Source of the DNA: an uncultured delta proteobacterium
GTDB taxonomy: Bacteria > Myxococcota_A > Polyangia > Polyangiales > JAFGIB01
DNA: 64,000 bases
Direction: 5' to 3'
Assembly: GCA_963778655.1 (NCBI GenBank)
Contig: CAVZVA010000012.1
Span: 192,001 to 256,000, forward strand
Below the pieces are notes generated by a model. The model saw only the letters and a list, made by a program, of their open reading frames with translations. It did no database searches and was not told the DNA's origin. Position 1 is the first letter of the stretch, and each line of letters begins with the position of its first letter. The translations under genes and the position numbers were made by a program. Shown one piece after another: positions 47,731 through 56,633 of the stretch.

Positions 47731-50700
47731 TCAGGGCGCGGTGCTGGTGCAGCAGCGGAAGCCGACGTTGGGCAGCCTCACGGTGTCGCTGGCGACCGCG
47801 AAGTCGAAGCTGCAGGTCATCCCGCCCGGCAGGTTGTTGTAGCTGCCGCCGCGTAGCGGATTCTGGCCGGGCGAGCTCGGCCCCGTGGTCCACTCCTTGG
47901 CGTTGCCGCTGAGGTCGAAGACCTGCCCGCCCTGCTCGTTGCTGAAGCACTGCGGGTACGAGCCGGTGGGCGCGAGCGCGTCGTCGTCCGCCGCGCCCGC
48001 CGCAGCCATCAGGTCGTGGCCGTTGCACGCGCTACGGTCGTTTGGATACGCGCTGGTCGAGGTGATGCACGTGCCGCCGCTGGGCGTGTAGCTCATCGAG
48101 CAGCTGTCGGAACCCTCGCAGGCGCTCACCCAGTCGGCCAGCTGGCACAGCTCCATGTCCGCCTTCGCGCAGGCGTCGAGCGCCTCCGGATAGGTGAGGT
48201 TAGTCCAGGGCAGCACGCCCGCGCGCGAGCAGGCGCGCTCGGCGATGATGCCCTGCTCGCTGTCGGTCGCATCGGGGTGGGACGCCTCGTACTTGTAGAC
48301 CCACAGGTTCGAGCTCACCTGCACCGTGTCGTCGTGCACGAAGCTCGGGTTGCTGCCGGGGTCGCTGCGTGGCTCGTCGACCTTGCCGTCGCAATCGTTG
48401 TCGATGCCGTCGCAGACCTCGTCGGCGGGATCGATGGTGTTGGCCACCTCGCAGGTCACCCCGTTGCCCGCCTTGTTGCATACCAGCTGGCCCGTGACTT
48501 GGCAGGCGCCCACGCCCTCCGTGCACGGATCGCCGAGCGTGTCGAAGGTTTCGTCCACGCGGCCGTCGCAATCGTTGTCGAGCCCGTCGCAGTGCGTCTC
48601 GTCCTGCTCGCGCGCGTCCGGGTAGCGGCAGGTGAACTGTCCGCTCACGCAGACCGGCATGGTGCCGGCGCAAACGCCCTCCTGGTCGCAGTCGTTCACA
48701 TCGGCGACGGTGTCCTCATCCACCTTGTAATCGCAGTCGTCGTCCTTGCCGTTGCAGGTCTCGGGCTGCGGGTCCTTGCAGGTCGGACCGCCGTCCACCC
48801 CGCCGTCGACGTCCGCGTCGCCGCCGCCGCCGCCGCTGCCGCCCGAGCCGCCCTCGACCGGCGTAGACGCGTCCTTGTTGCCCCCGGGGATCGAGCCATC
48901 GCCGCTTGGGTGGTGGCCGGCATCGGTGCAGTCGATGCAGAAAGGGGCCACCTTGCAGCCGCTGCTCGGCAGCGCGGCCAGGCACAGGCCGAGCACCAGC
49001 AGCCCGGACGCCCCGCGCAGCCGTCGCCGCCGCAGCCACAGCGCGAGGCCCAGCAGCAGGCCCGCCGCCCATGCACCACCCGTGCGCGAGCCGCCCGCGC
49101 CCGGTACCGCGCGGCAGGCGCAGCCGCCGCCGCCCGTAGCCAGCACACGCGCGTTGGAGTCGCTGCCGTCGGAGGCGCCGCTGCCGCTGCCGGCGGGCGT
49201 CTGGCACTGGCCCGCGGCGCACAGCTGGTCCGCCGGGCAGTGCACGTTCCAGCAGGGATCGAGCACGCACTCGCCGCTCTTCGGATCGCAGCTCAGACCG
49301 TCGCCGCAGGACTTGTCGGCGCACGCGTTGTCGACGCAGCTGCCGCCGCTCGGATCGCACACCTGACCGGTCTTGCAGTGCGCGGCCGCGCACTTGTCGG
49401 TGACGCAGCTGCCCGCCGCGCAGCGCTTCCCGTCGGGGCAGGTGACGCTGGCGCAGCTGCGTTCGCACTTGCCGTCGCGGCACACCTGGTCGCTCTTGCA
49501 GCCGGCGTCCACGCAGGCGTCCTTCACGCAGTCGCCCGATTGCGCGTCGCACAGCTCGCCGCTCGCGCAGCCGAGCCCGGTGCAGTCGTTGGCCACGCAG
49601 TTGCCGGTGCGCTTGCTGCAGATCTTGTCTTTGGCGCAAACCACCCCGTCGCAGCGCGCCACGCACATCCCAGCCCGGCACAGGCACGGTGCCACGCTCT
49701 TGTCGTTGGGCGCGCACGCCACCTCGTCATCGCGCATCAGCGTCGACTTGGGGCAGGCGTTGGCGTCGCAGTCGTCCTTCACGCACAGGCACTCGCCACT
49801 GGGCTGGAAGTCGGGGCGCAAGCCCTGCGGGCAGAACGGCATGAACTCCTGGGTCATGCCGCAGCGCGGCACGCACACGCAGCCGACGCACTTGCCGTCC
49901 GGGCACAGCGAGCCGTCGACCTCCTCATCGACGGTGCCGTCGCAGTCGTCGTCCTTGCAGTTACAGGTCTCGGGCTGGGGGCCGATCTCGCCCTGGCACT
50001 GGTCGCTGCCCGCGATGCACTCGAGCATGCCAGCCTTGCAGCTGCCCGTGTCGTTGCCGCACGTCATGCCGCTCGGGATGTCCTCGTCGATGCGCCCGTC
50101 GCAGTCGTTGTCCTTTCCGTCGCAGATCTCCGGCGGTAGATCGCCGCAGGTGCCGCAGGCGTTGTGCAGGCCCTCGTCGATCACGCCGTCGCAGTTGTCG
50201 TCCTTGCCGTCGCACACCGTCTCGGGCGGCTTGGTGCACAGCGTGGGGTCGGTGACGCCGTTGGGGATGTCGCAGTACTTGGGAATGCCTTCGTCGATCG
50301 CGCCGTCGCAATCGTCGTCCACGCCGTTGCAGATCTCGGCCGGCGGCTGGGCGTCGGCGATGATCTGGCTGAGCGCCAGCGACAGCTCGGCCTCGTTGCT
50401 CGCGTAGTAGCCGTGGCTGGTGCCGCCGGCGACCGCGATGTGCTCGATGTGCGCGTCGCCGGGCGAGATGCCGAAGCCGATCGCGTAGGTCTGGATGCGC
50501 TTGCTGACCGGTCCGGCGGCGCTCGGCACCGTGGACTCGGTCAGCATCTCGTAGGCGAACTCGGGCGCGCTCTCGGAGAAGTTGTTGTTGCCACAGGTGG
50601 TCGCGTTGCTGCAGCCCGTCGCGCAGGTGATGCCGGCGCCGGCGTGCGCCTTGGGGCAGCCTTCCCAGGCCGGGTTGGCAGCGATGATGTTGCTGCAGTT

Positions 50701-51300
50701 GCCGCAGCACTCGTCGCCGTCGGTCAGCAGGATCACGCTGAGCGGCCGGCAGCTCAGGCCGGTGTCGCCGCTGGTGGGCGGCGTGAAGCCCTGGAAGCTC
50801 GAGGGCGAGCCGGTCCAGTACTGCTTGGCCGCGCTCAGCACCCCGCCGAGCGGCGTGTTGCCACCCGCGCACAGCTCGTTGCCGGGACCGTTTCCGTTGT
50901 TGTCGATCAGCGGCAGGATGGCCTGCCAGCTATTGGTCTCGATCGGCACGCGCAGCCAGCCCGCGGCGGGCACCGGGTCGCAAGTGCCGACGTTGCCGCA
51001 GTCGGTGTTGTTGCTGGCCTTGGAGAACTGCATCAAGCCGAAGTCGGCGTCACCGGTGGCTTCGATGATCTTGGTCAGCGCGCACTTGGCCGAGCCGAGC
51101 TTGGTCGACGGATAGCCGGGGCAGGTCGGGGCCGGCGTGACGTTGTCGCCCATCGATCCTGAGGTGTCGACGATCAGCAGGAAGTACGGGCGTACGGCGG
51201 TGCCTTGCGCGCCGGCCGTCGCCGCCATCCCCCATGTCAAGATCGCGCAGACGAGCGCATGTCTCGGACGCACTAGAGCTCTCCTTGAGCACAAGGGCAC
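47731..51300 (-). CDS. Large surface protein: VWA, MopE-like Cys/Asp repeats, internal MYXO-CTERM, second lipoprotein module and FGE-sulfatase (SUMF1) domain
   Basis: Signal peptide; MIDAS DTSGS..TP..LTDG; E.C.G.D.DCDG.IDE repeats; GGGGCAC..TM..RRRR; C-terminal DLSGNAKEW, LRGGSY, GFRCC. Confidence 0.88.
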   Translation of the reverse strand: MPLCSRRALVRPRHALVCAILTWGMAATAGAQGTAVRPYFLLIVDTSGSMGDNVTPAPTCPGYPSTKLGSAKCALTKIIEATGDADFGLMQFSKASNNTDCGNVGTCDPVPAAGWLRVPIETNSWQAILPLIDNNGNGPGNELCAGGNTPLGGVLSAAKQYWTGSPSSFQGFTPPTSGDTGLSCRPLSVILLTDGDECCGNCSNIIAANPAWEGCPKAHAGAGITCATGCSNATTCGNNNFSESAPEFAYEMLTESTVPSAAGPVSKRIQTYAIGFGISPGDAHIEHIAVAGGTSHGYYASNEAELSLALSQIIADAQPPAEICNGVDDDCDGAIDEGIPKYCDIPNGVTDPTLCTKPPETVCDGKDDNCDGVIDEGLHNACGTCGDLPPEICDGKDNDCDGRIDEDIPSGMTCGNDTGSCKAGMLECIAGSDQCQGEIGPQPETCNCKDDDCDGTVDEEVDGSLCPDGKCVGCVCVPRCGMTQEFMPFCPQGLRPDFQPSGECLCVKDDCDANACPKSTLMRDDEVACAPNDKSVAPCLCRAGMCVARCDGVVCAKDKICSKRTGNCVANDCTGLGCASGELCDAQSGDCVKDACVDAGCKSDQVCRDGKCERSCASVTCPDGKRCAAGSCVTDKCAAAHCKTGQVCDPSGGSCVDNACADKSCGDGLSCDPKSGECVLDPCWNVHCPADQLCAAGQCQTPAGSGSGASDGSDSNARVLATGGGGCACRAVPGAGGSRTGGAWAAGLLLGLALWLRRRRLRGASGLLVLGLCLAALPSSGCKVAPFCIDCTDAGHHPSGDGSIPGGNKDASTPVEGGSGGSGGGGGDADVDGGVDGGPTCKDPQPETCNGKDDDCDYKVDEDTVADVNDCDQEGVCAGTMPVCVSGQFTCRYPDAREQDETHCDGLDNDCDGRVDETFDTLGDPCTEGVGACQVTGQLVCNKAGNGVTCEVANTIDPADEVCDGIDNDCDGKVDEPRSDPGSNPSFVHDDTVQVSSNLWVYKYEASHPDATDSEQGIIAERACSRAGVLPWTNLTYPEALDACAKADMELCQLADWVSACEGSDSCSMSYTPSGGTCITSTSAYPNDRSACNGHDLMAAAGAADDDALAPTGSYPQCFSNEQGGQVFDLSGNAKEWTTGPSSPGQNPLRGGSYNNLPGGMTCSFDFAVASDTVRLPNVGFRCCTSTAP

Positions 51301-51506
51301 GCTGGTTACGCTGTTATGGAGTTTTCGCCGGAAGTCGAGTGAAAATTCGGGTTCGCGATCGCTTGCTCGCGTTCCGCGTCGCGCTCTTGTAGCACAAGCG
51401 AATCCAACTGCAGGGGCTGTCTGTCGACCTGCGTCACTGTAGGCCGGGTAGGCTGGCTGGGCGTTCGTCGCCCGGCGCGGCGCACGAGATGGTATGCTAA
51501 TCCACG

Positions 51507-51851
51507 ATGTCGCGTCCTACGGCCATCCCGTCGCCGGTCGCCACCGTCGTGGTCGTCGGCGGTCCGCCCGAGCTGATCGAGGCGACCCGACAGGCCGCCG
51601 GGATCGCGGCCTCGGCCAAGGTCGAGACCGCCGAGCTCGCCAACGCTGCCACCGTGGTCGCCACCATCCGGCCCTTCGCGATCGTCATGAGCGAAGACGT
51701 GTACGCCTTCGACGCAGCCGAGTTCGACGCGCTGGCCCGCGACGTCAACGCGACGCTGCTCAAGATCGAATCAGGCTCGAGCGATTCGGCCAAGCTGGAG
51801 CGCGTGCTGATGCCCAAGCTGGGCCGCGCCCACCGCCGCCGGCAGGGTTAA
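51507..51851 (+). CDS. Hypothetical protein (possibly a degenerate receiver-like fold)
   Basis: 114 aa with alternating beta/alpha pattern (TVVVVG...RPFAIVMSED) and coding-like codon usage. Confidence 0.6.
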   Translation: MSRPTAIPSPVATVVVVGGPPELIEATRQAAGIAASAKVETAELANAATVVATIRPFAIVMSEDVYAFDAAEFDALARDVNATLLKIESGSSDSAKLERVLMPKLGRAHRRRQG

Positions 51852-51903
51852 CGGCCGCGGGGCCTCCATGCTACAAGACGGCGGGGACCGGGGGAGAGCG
51901 CTT

Positions 51904-52569
51904 ATGAGCCCGCGACCGATCAGCAGTCTGTGCTTGTGGATGGGGTTGTGGCTGGCGGCCGGCTGCGGCGGCGGCGGTCAGGCCTCGCCGAGCATGCCCC
52001 AGGCCTCGCCCCCCGCGAGCGGCGGCGAGCAGCCAGCCGCGGTCACGGAGCCCGCCCAGGCGCCGGAGCCTGCGGTGCCGAGCGGTCCGGCAGCGGTCAC
52101 GGTCGAGGTCAAGGTGCACGGCAAGCCGGCCGCGGCCGAGGTGAAGCTGCTCGGGGCCGACGGCACCGAGGTTGCCAGCGGTGCGGCGGGCGAGCCGCTG
52201 CAGGCCACCTCGGGCGAGTACACGATGCTGGTGAGTATCACCGACGCCAAGGCGCTGCTCGACAAGCCGACCCAGCGCCGGCCGCTCACGCTGCACGCCG
52301 GCGACGACCTGCACGAGGTGGTGGAGTTTCCTTGGGCGATGGTCCAGCTCAACGTCATGATCAACGGCCGGGCGGCCGGCAGCGCCACCGTGCACCTGAT
52401 GCGCCAGGGCGCGGAGATCGGCATGATCAAGTCGGGCGCTGATTTCACGCCGATTTCGCCCGGCCGCTACCAGGCCGAGGTCAAGACGGCGGGCGCGTCG
52501 ATCAAAGTCGAGGGACTGATGTTCCCGGAAGGCGCGACCCAGACCATTCCCGTCCACGTGAAGCTGTAG
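51904..52569 (+). CDS. Hypothetical lipoprotein with beta-rich domains
   Basis: Lipobox LAAGC, Pro/Ala linker, two G.Y-containing beta modules. Confidence 0.75.
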   Translation: MSPRPISSLCLWMGLWLAAGCGGGGQASPSMPQASPPASGGEQPAAVTEPAQAPEPAVPSGPAAVTVEVKVHGKPAAAEVKLLGADGTEVASGAAGEPLQATSGEYTMLVSITDAKALLDKPTQRRPLTLHAGDDLHEVVEFPWAMVQLNVMINGRAAGSATVHLMRQGAEIGMIKSGADFTPISPGRYQAEVKTAGASIKVEGLMFPEGATQTIPVHVKL

Positions 52570-52665
52570 ACGCGGCGGTGCTGTGGCGCGCGCGCGAGAC
52601 CGGGCCTTGCCGCGCGCCCTTGACCAAAGCCGCGGGCGGGTCTTAGCTGTGCCCGGAGGCGCAAC

Positions 52666-54078
52666 GTGGCTGAACGATCGGCGATCCGGACCCTGGGCGA
52701 GCTGAAGCAGTCGGGCTATCGGCCTCGCGGGCTGCGCGACGAAATCCGCGTCAACCTGCTGGCCAAGATGCGCGCGCGCGCGACGCTCTTTCCCGGCATT
52801 CTCGGCTACGAGGACAGCGTCCTGCCGGCGATCGAGAACGCGCTGCTGTGCGGTCAGGACCTGCTGTTCCTGGGCGAGCGCGGCCAGGGCAAGAGCCGGC
52901 TGATCCGCAGCTTGGTCGAGCTGCTGGACGAGTGGATCCCCGAGATCGGGGGCAGCGAGATCCACGACGACCCCTTCGCGCCGGTCTCCCACTACGGCAA
53001 GGCGACGCTGGCGCAACACGGGGACAGCACGCCGATCAACTGGGTGCACCGCAGCGAGCGCTACGGCGAGAAGCTCGCCACGCCCGACGTGTCGACCGCC
53101 GACCTGATCGGCGACGTGGACCCGATGAAGGTGGTCGAGGGTCGCTCGCTGTCCGACGAGCTCACCATGCACTTCGGGCTGCTGCCGCGGACCAACCGCG
53201 GCATCTTCTGCATCAACGAGCTGCCCGACCTGACCGAGAAGATCCAGGTCGCATTGTTCAACGTGATGGAGGAGCGCGACGTTCAGATCAAGGGCTACCG
53301 CGTGCGCCTGCCGCTCGACATCCTGGTCGTGGCCAGCGCCAATCCGGAGGACTACACCAGCCGCGGCCGCATCGTCACCCCGCTCAAGGACCGCTACGCG
53401 GCGCAGATTCGCACGCACTATCCGGAGACGCGAGAGCTCGAGCTGGCGGTGGTCGAGCAGGAGGCCCACGTTGCGGGAGTCGAGGGGGTGCAGGTCTTCG
53501 TGCCGGACTTCATGAAGAAGATCGTGGCCGAGATCACCTTCCAGGCACGCACCAGCCCCGACGTCAACCAAGCCAGCGGCGTGTCGGTGCGGCTGAGCAT
53601 TTCCAATTACGAGACGTTGATCGCGAATGCCCTGCGCCGGGCCATGCGCCATGGAGACGGCCAGGCCGTTCCGCGCGTCTCGGACCTCGGCGCGCTGCGC
53701 GCGTCGACGCTGGGCAAGCTCGAAATCGAATACGCTGCCACCAACCGTTCCGAGCAGGACATCGTGGGCGAGTTGATCAAGCGCGCGACCAAGGTGGTGT
53801 TCGACGCAGTTGCCGGCGACATCGCGGTCTACAAGCCGATCGTGGAGGCCTTCAACAAGGGCTGGATGGTCGAGATCACCGATATGACGCCGCCCAAGGA
53901 GTTCGTCGAGGGCATGGACAAGATCCAGGGCCTGCGCGAGGCGGCGTTGCGGCTGGCAGGCGGCGAATCCGCGCCGCGGATGGCCTCGGCGATCGAGCTG
54001 ATCCTGGAAGGCCTGCACCTCTCGAACAAGCTCAACAAATCCATCGGTGAGCACGGCGCCGTGTACGGCAACAAATGA
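52666..54078 (+). CDS. AAA+ ATPase, magnesium-chelatase-like (Rv0958-like)
   Basis: Walker A GERGQGKS; EKLATPD; RGIFCINELPDL; SANPEDYT.RGRI. Confidence 0.9.
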   Translation: MAERSAIRTLGELKQSGYRPRGLRDEIRVNLLAKMRARATLFPGILGYEDSVLPAIENALLCGQDLLFLGERGQGKSRLIRSLVELLDEWIPEIGGSEIHDDPFAPVSHYGKATLAQHGDSTPINWVHRSERYGEKLATPDVSTADLIGDVDPMKVVEGRSLSDELTMHFGLLPRTNRGIFCINELPDLTEKIQVALFNVMEERDVQIKGYRVRLPLDILVVASANPEDYTSRGRIVTPLKDRYAAQIRTHYPETRELELAVVEQEAHVAGVEGVQVFVPDFMKKIVAEITFQARTSPDVNQASGVSVRLSISNYETLIANALRRAMRHGDGQAVPRVSDLGALRASTLGKLEIEYAATNRSEQDIVGELIKRATKVVFDAVAGDIAVYKPIVEAFNKGWMVEITDMTPPKEFVEGMDKIQGLREAALRLAGGESAPRMASAIELILEGLHLSNKLNKSIGEHGAVYGNK

Positions 54079-55703
54079 AAGTGGTTCGCTACAGCCGCTG
54101 GGACGGTACCCAGAGCGAGTTCAGCCTCGACGCCGATCAGGCGCTCGACGCCGTGAGCGACCTGATGATGCACGGGCTCAACGTGCGTGAGGCGATGCAG
54201 TACATGCGCCAGTACGGCTTCGACCTCGCCGGTCAGGACTTTCGCGTGATGGGCGCGCAGGAGCTGATGCACGAGCTGCGCAAGCAAGCCCGCGAGCTGC
54301 TCGAGCGTTACGACCTGCGGCACGCCACCGACGAGCTGCGCGAGCGCTGGAACGAGCTGAGCGCGTTGGAGGAGCAGACGCTGCGCGAGCGGCACGGCTA
54401 CGAGTCGAGCAAGATGAACGATTTCCTGGAGCGGCGCCACTCCACCGGACAGCGGTTGTCCGATCAGATCGAGCGCTTCTCGGACTACGAATTCGAGAAC
54501 GAGGACTCTTCCGAGGCCTACCAGGAGCTGAAGCAGGAGCTCGACCGGCTGAAGGCGCTCGAGGACTTCCTGCAGCGCTACCAGAACCACTTTCGAGGCC
54601 GCACCCAGGCCGACTACCAGACGGCGCAGCGCATCCGCGAGCAGTTGGAGGCGACCGAGCAGCTGATGCAGGCGCTGCAGGAAGGGCGGTTCGACCAGGT
54701 CGATCCGCAGCAGCTCGGTGAGCTACTGGGACAGAACGCATCGCGTTCCTTGATCATGCTGCGCGATCTGGAGTCCTCGTTGCGCGAGCGCGGCTATCTC
54801 CGCACCCGCGACGGCCAAGACGAGCTCACGCCGACGGCGGTACGCCGGATCGGTGCGCAGGCGCTGGCGCAGGTCTACAGCAGCCTGCGCAAGGGCCGCC
54901 AGGGCGGCCACGAGACCAACGCTGCCGGCGTGTCGCTGCCGCGACCCGACGAGACGCGGCCCTACCGTTTCGGCGACTCGCTCGACGTCGACGTGGTCAA
55001 GTCGGTGCTCAACGGCCTACGGCGCGAGGCCAAGCGGGGCGAGCATACCCGGGGCGGATCGGGTATCCGGCTCGAGCTCGACGATATCGTGGTGCGCGAG
55101 CAGGACTTCACCACGCAGTCGACCACGGTGCTGCTGCTGGACCTGTCCTGGTCGATGTCGTTCGAGGATCGTTTTCCGGCCGCCAAGCGCGTGGCGCTGG
55201 CGATGCACCAGCTGATCCGCACGCAGTTTCCGCGCGACCACTTCTCGGTGGTGGGCTTCTCGACGCGCGCGCGTGAGCTGCGTCCCCAGGAGCTGCCCGA
55301 GATCACCTGGGATCCGGGCGACCCCTTCACCAACCTGCAGGAAGGCCTGATGGTGGCCGAGCGCTTGATCGCCAAGCACCCGAGCCCCTCGCCGCAGATC
55401 CTGGTGATCACCGACGGCCAGCCGACCGCGTACTTCGTCGACAACGAGCTGCACGTGGAATGGCCGAGCGGCTACGGCGGTATCTCCCCGCGCGCGGTCG
55501 CGCAAACCTTGAAGCAGGTGCAGCGCATCACCCAGCGCGGCATCACCATCAACACCTTCATGCTCCACGACTCGCCGGAGCTGGTCGGCTTCGTCGAGCG
55601 CATGACCGAGATCAACCACGGCCGCGCGCTATTCACCGATCCTCAGAAGCTCGGCTCCTACGTGATGGTCGATCACCTCGCGCACCGCCGTAAGCGCAGG
55701 TAG
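54075..55703 (+). CDS. VWA-domain protein (Rv0959-like), partner of the AAA+ ATPase
   Basis: RYSRWDGTQ N-terminus; MIDAS DLSWSM, TN, ITDG.PT; ATGA overlap with the ATPase gene. Confidence 0.9.
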   Translation: MKVVRYSRWDGTQSEFSLDADQALDAVSDLMMHGLNVREAMQYMRQYGFDLAGQDFRVMGAQELMHELRKQARELLERYDLRHATDELRERWNELSALEEQTLRERHGYESSKMNDFLERRHSTGQRLSDQIERFSDYEFENEDSSEAYQELKQELDRLKALEDFLQRYQNHFRGRTQADYQTAQRIREQLEATEQLMQALQEGRFDQVDPQQLGELLGQNASRSLIMLRDLESSLRERGYLRTRDGQDELTPTAVRRIGAQALAQVYSSLRKGRQGGHETNAAGVSLPRPDETRPYRFGDSLDVDVVKSVLNGLRREAKRGEHTRGGSGIRLELDDIVVREQDFTTQSTTVLLLDLSWSMSFEDRFPAAKRVALAMHQLIRTQFPRDHFSVVGFSTRARELRPQELPEITWDPGDPFTNLQEGLMVAERLIAKHPSPSPQILVITDGQPTAYFVDNELHVEWPSGYGGISPRAVAQTLKQVQRITQRGITINTFMLHDSPELVGFVERMTEINHGRALFTDPQKLGSYVMVDHLAHRRKRR

Positions 55704-55712
55704 CGAGCAGCC

Positions 55713-55803
55713 GACAACGAGGACGGCTGTTCTCGTCCTCGCGCACGCGCCAGCTTTCGTGCTCGTAGTCGTGCTCGTCCTCGAAACGCGTGCTCGTGGT
55801 CGG
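55713..55803. repeat. Hexamer-periodic (CGTGCT/CGTCCT) palindromic tract
   Basis: ACGAGGACG...CGTCCTCG and CGTGCTCGTAGTCGTGCTCGTCCTCG, between convergent genes. Confidence 0.5.
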
Positions 55804-55810
55804 CTGTGGT

Positions 55811-56380
55811 CTACTCGTCCGGCCCGGTCCACTCCGTGATGTAATCCTTGGGCTCGGGACGGGGCACCGTGGGGGTAGGGGCGGCTGGGGTGCCGGCGTA
55901 GATGAAGGCCACGATTGCGTCCTGCTCGTCCAGGCCGAGCGCGCGTTTGACGCCGGCGTCATAGGCCGGCGCGCCCGTGCGCCACATCCCGGCGTAGCCG
56001 CGGGCGTGCAGTCCGAGCAGGATGTTCTGCGCCGCGCAGCCCGCCGACAGCACTTGCTCGAGCGCGGGCGCCTTGGGGTGCTCGCGCACGCGCGCAGAGA
56101 CCACGATCAGCAACGGGGCGCGCAAGGGTTTCCTTTCTTCCTTGCTCAGCTCGGCTTCGTCCGCGCCGGGTTTGCGCTGCAGCAAGGCCTGCCGCATCAC
56201 GGCACCCAGGCGGGCGCGCGCCTGCCCGCGGATCAGCTGAAAGCGCCAGGGCCGCAGCACACCGTGGTCGGGCGCGCGCTGGGCGGCGCGCAGCACCAGC
56301 TGCAGGGTGTCCTCATCCGGGGCCGGCTCGCTCAGCCGGCCGTTGGAAGCGCGCGTAAGCAGCATCTCGATCGCGTCCAT
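55811..56380 (-). CDS. Nitroreductase (YdjA-like)
   Basis: LLTRAS, RAPDHG.LRPWRF, RAPL, AAQN, WRTG. Confidence 0.92.
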   Translation of the reverse strand: MDAIEMLLTRASNGRLSEPAPDEDTLQLVLRAAQRAPDHGVLRPWRFQLIRGQARARLGAVMRQALLQRKPGADEAELSKEERKPLRAPLLIVVSARVREHPKAPALEQVLSAGCAAQNILLGLHARGYAGMWRTGAPAYDAGVKRALGLDEQDAIVAFIYAGTPAAPTPTVPRPEPKDYITEWTGPDE

Positions 56381-56633
56381 GTCGACAGTTTACACCAGAA
56401 AGCGCCGATGTAGGTTGCGGTCAGCGCGTGTGCCGTGTCTCCGTAGAGCACGCATGTACACGTGCATCATCATCTCGACGCCCACGCGACCGTAAGTGAG
56501 CACAGGAGGTCGCGGCCGCAGTGTGCTACGCTGGGGCAGAGAGCGTGTCCGGCCGCAACGGTTTCGGCGGGCGCGTTGCAAGGCCACGATCGCTTGACGT
56601 CGTTGATCCAGAAGGGCTTGGATGCACGCAGAG

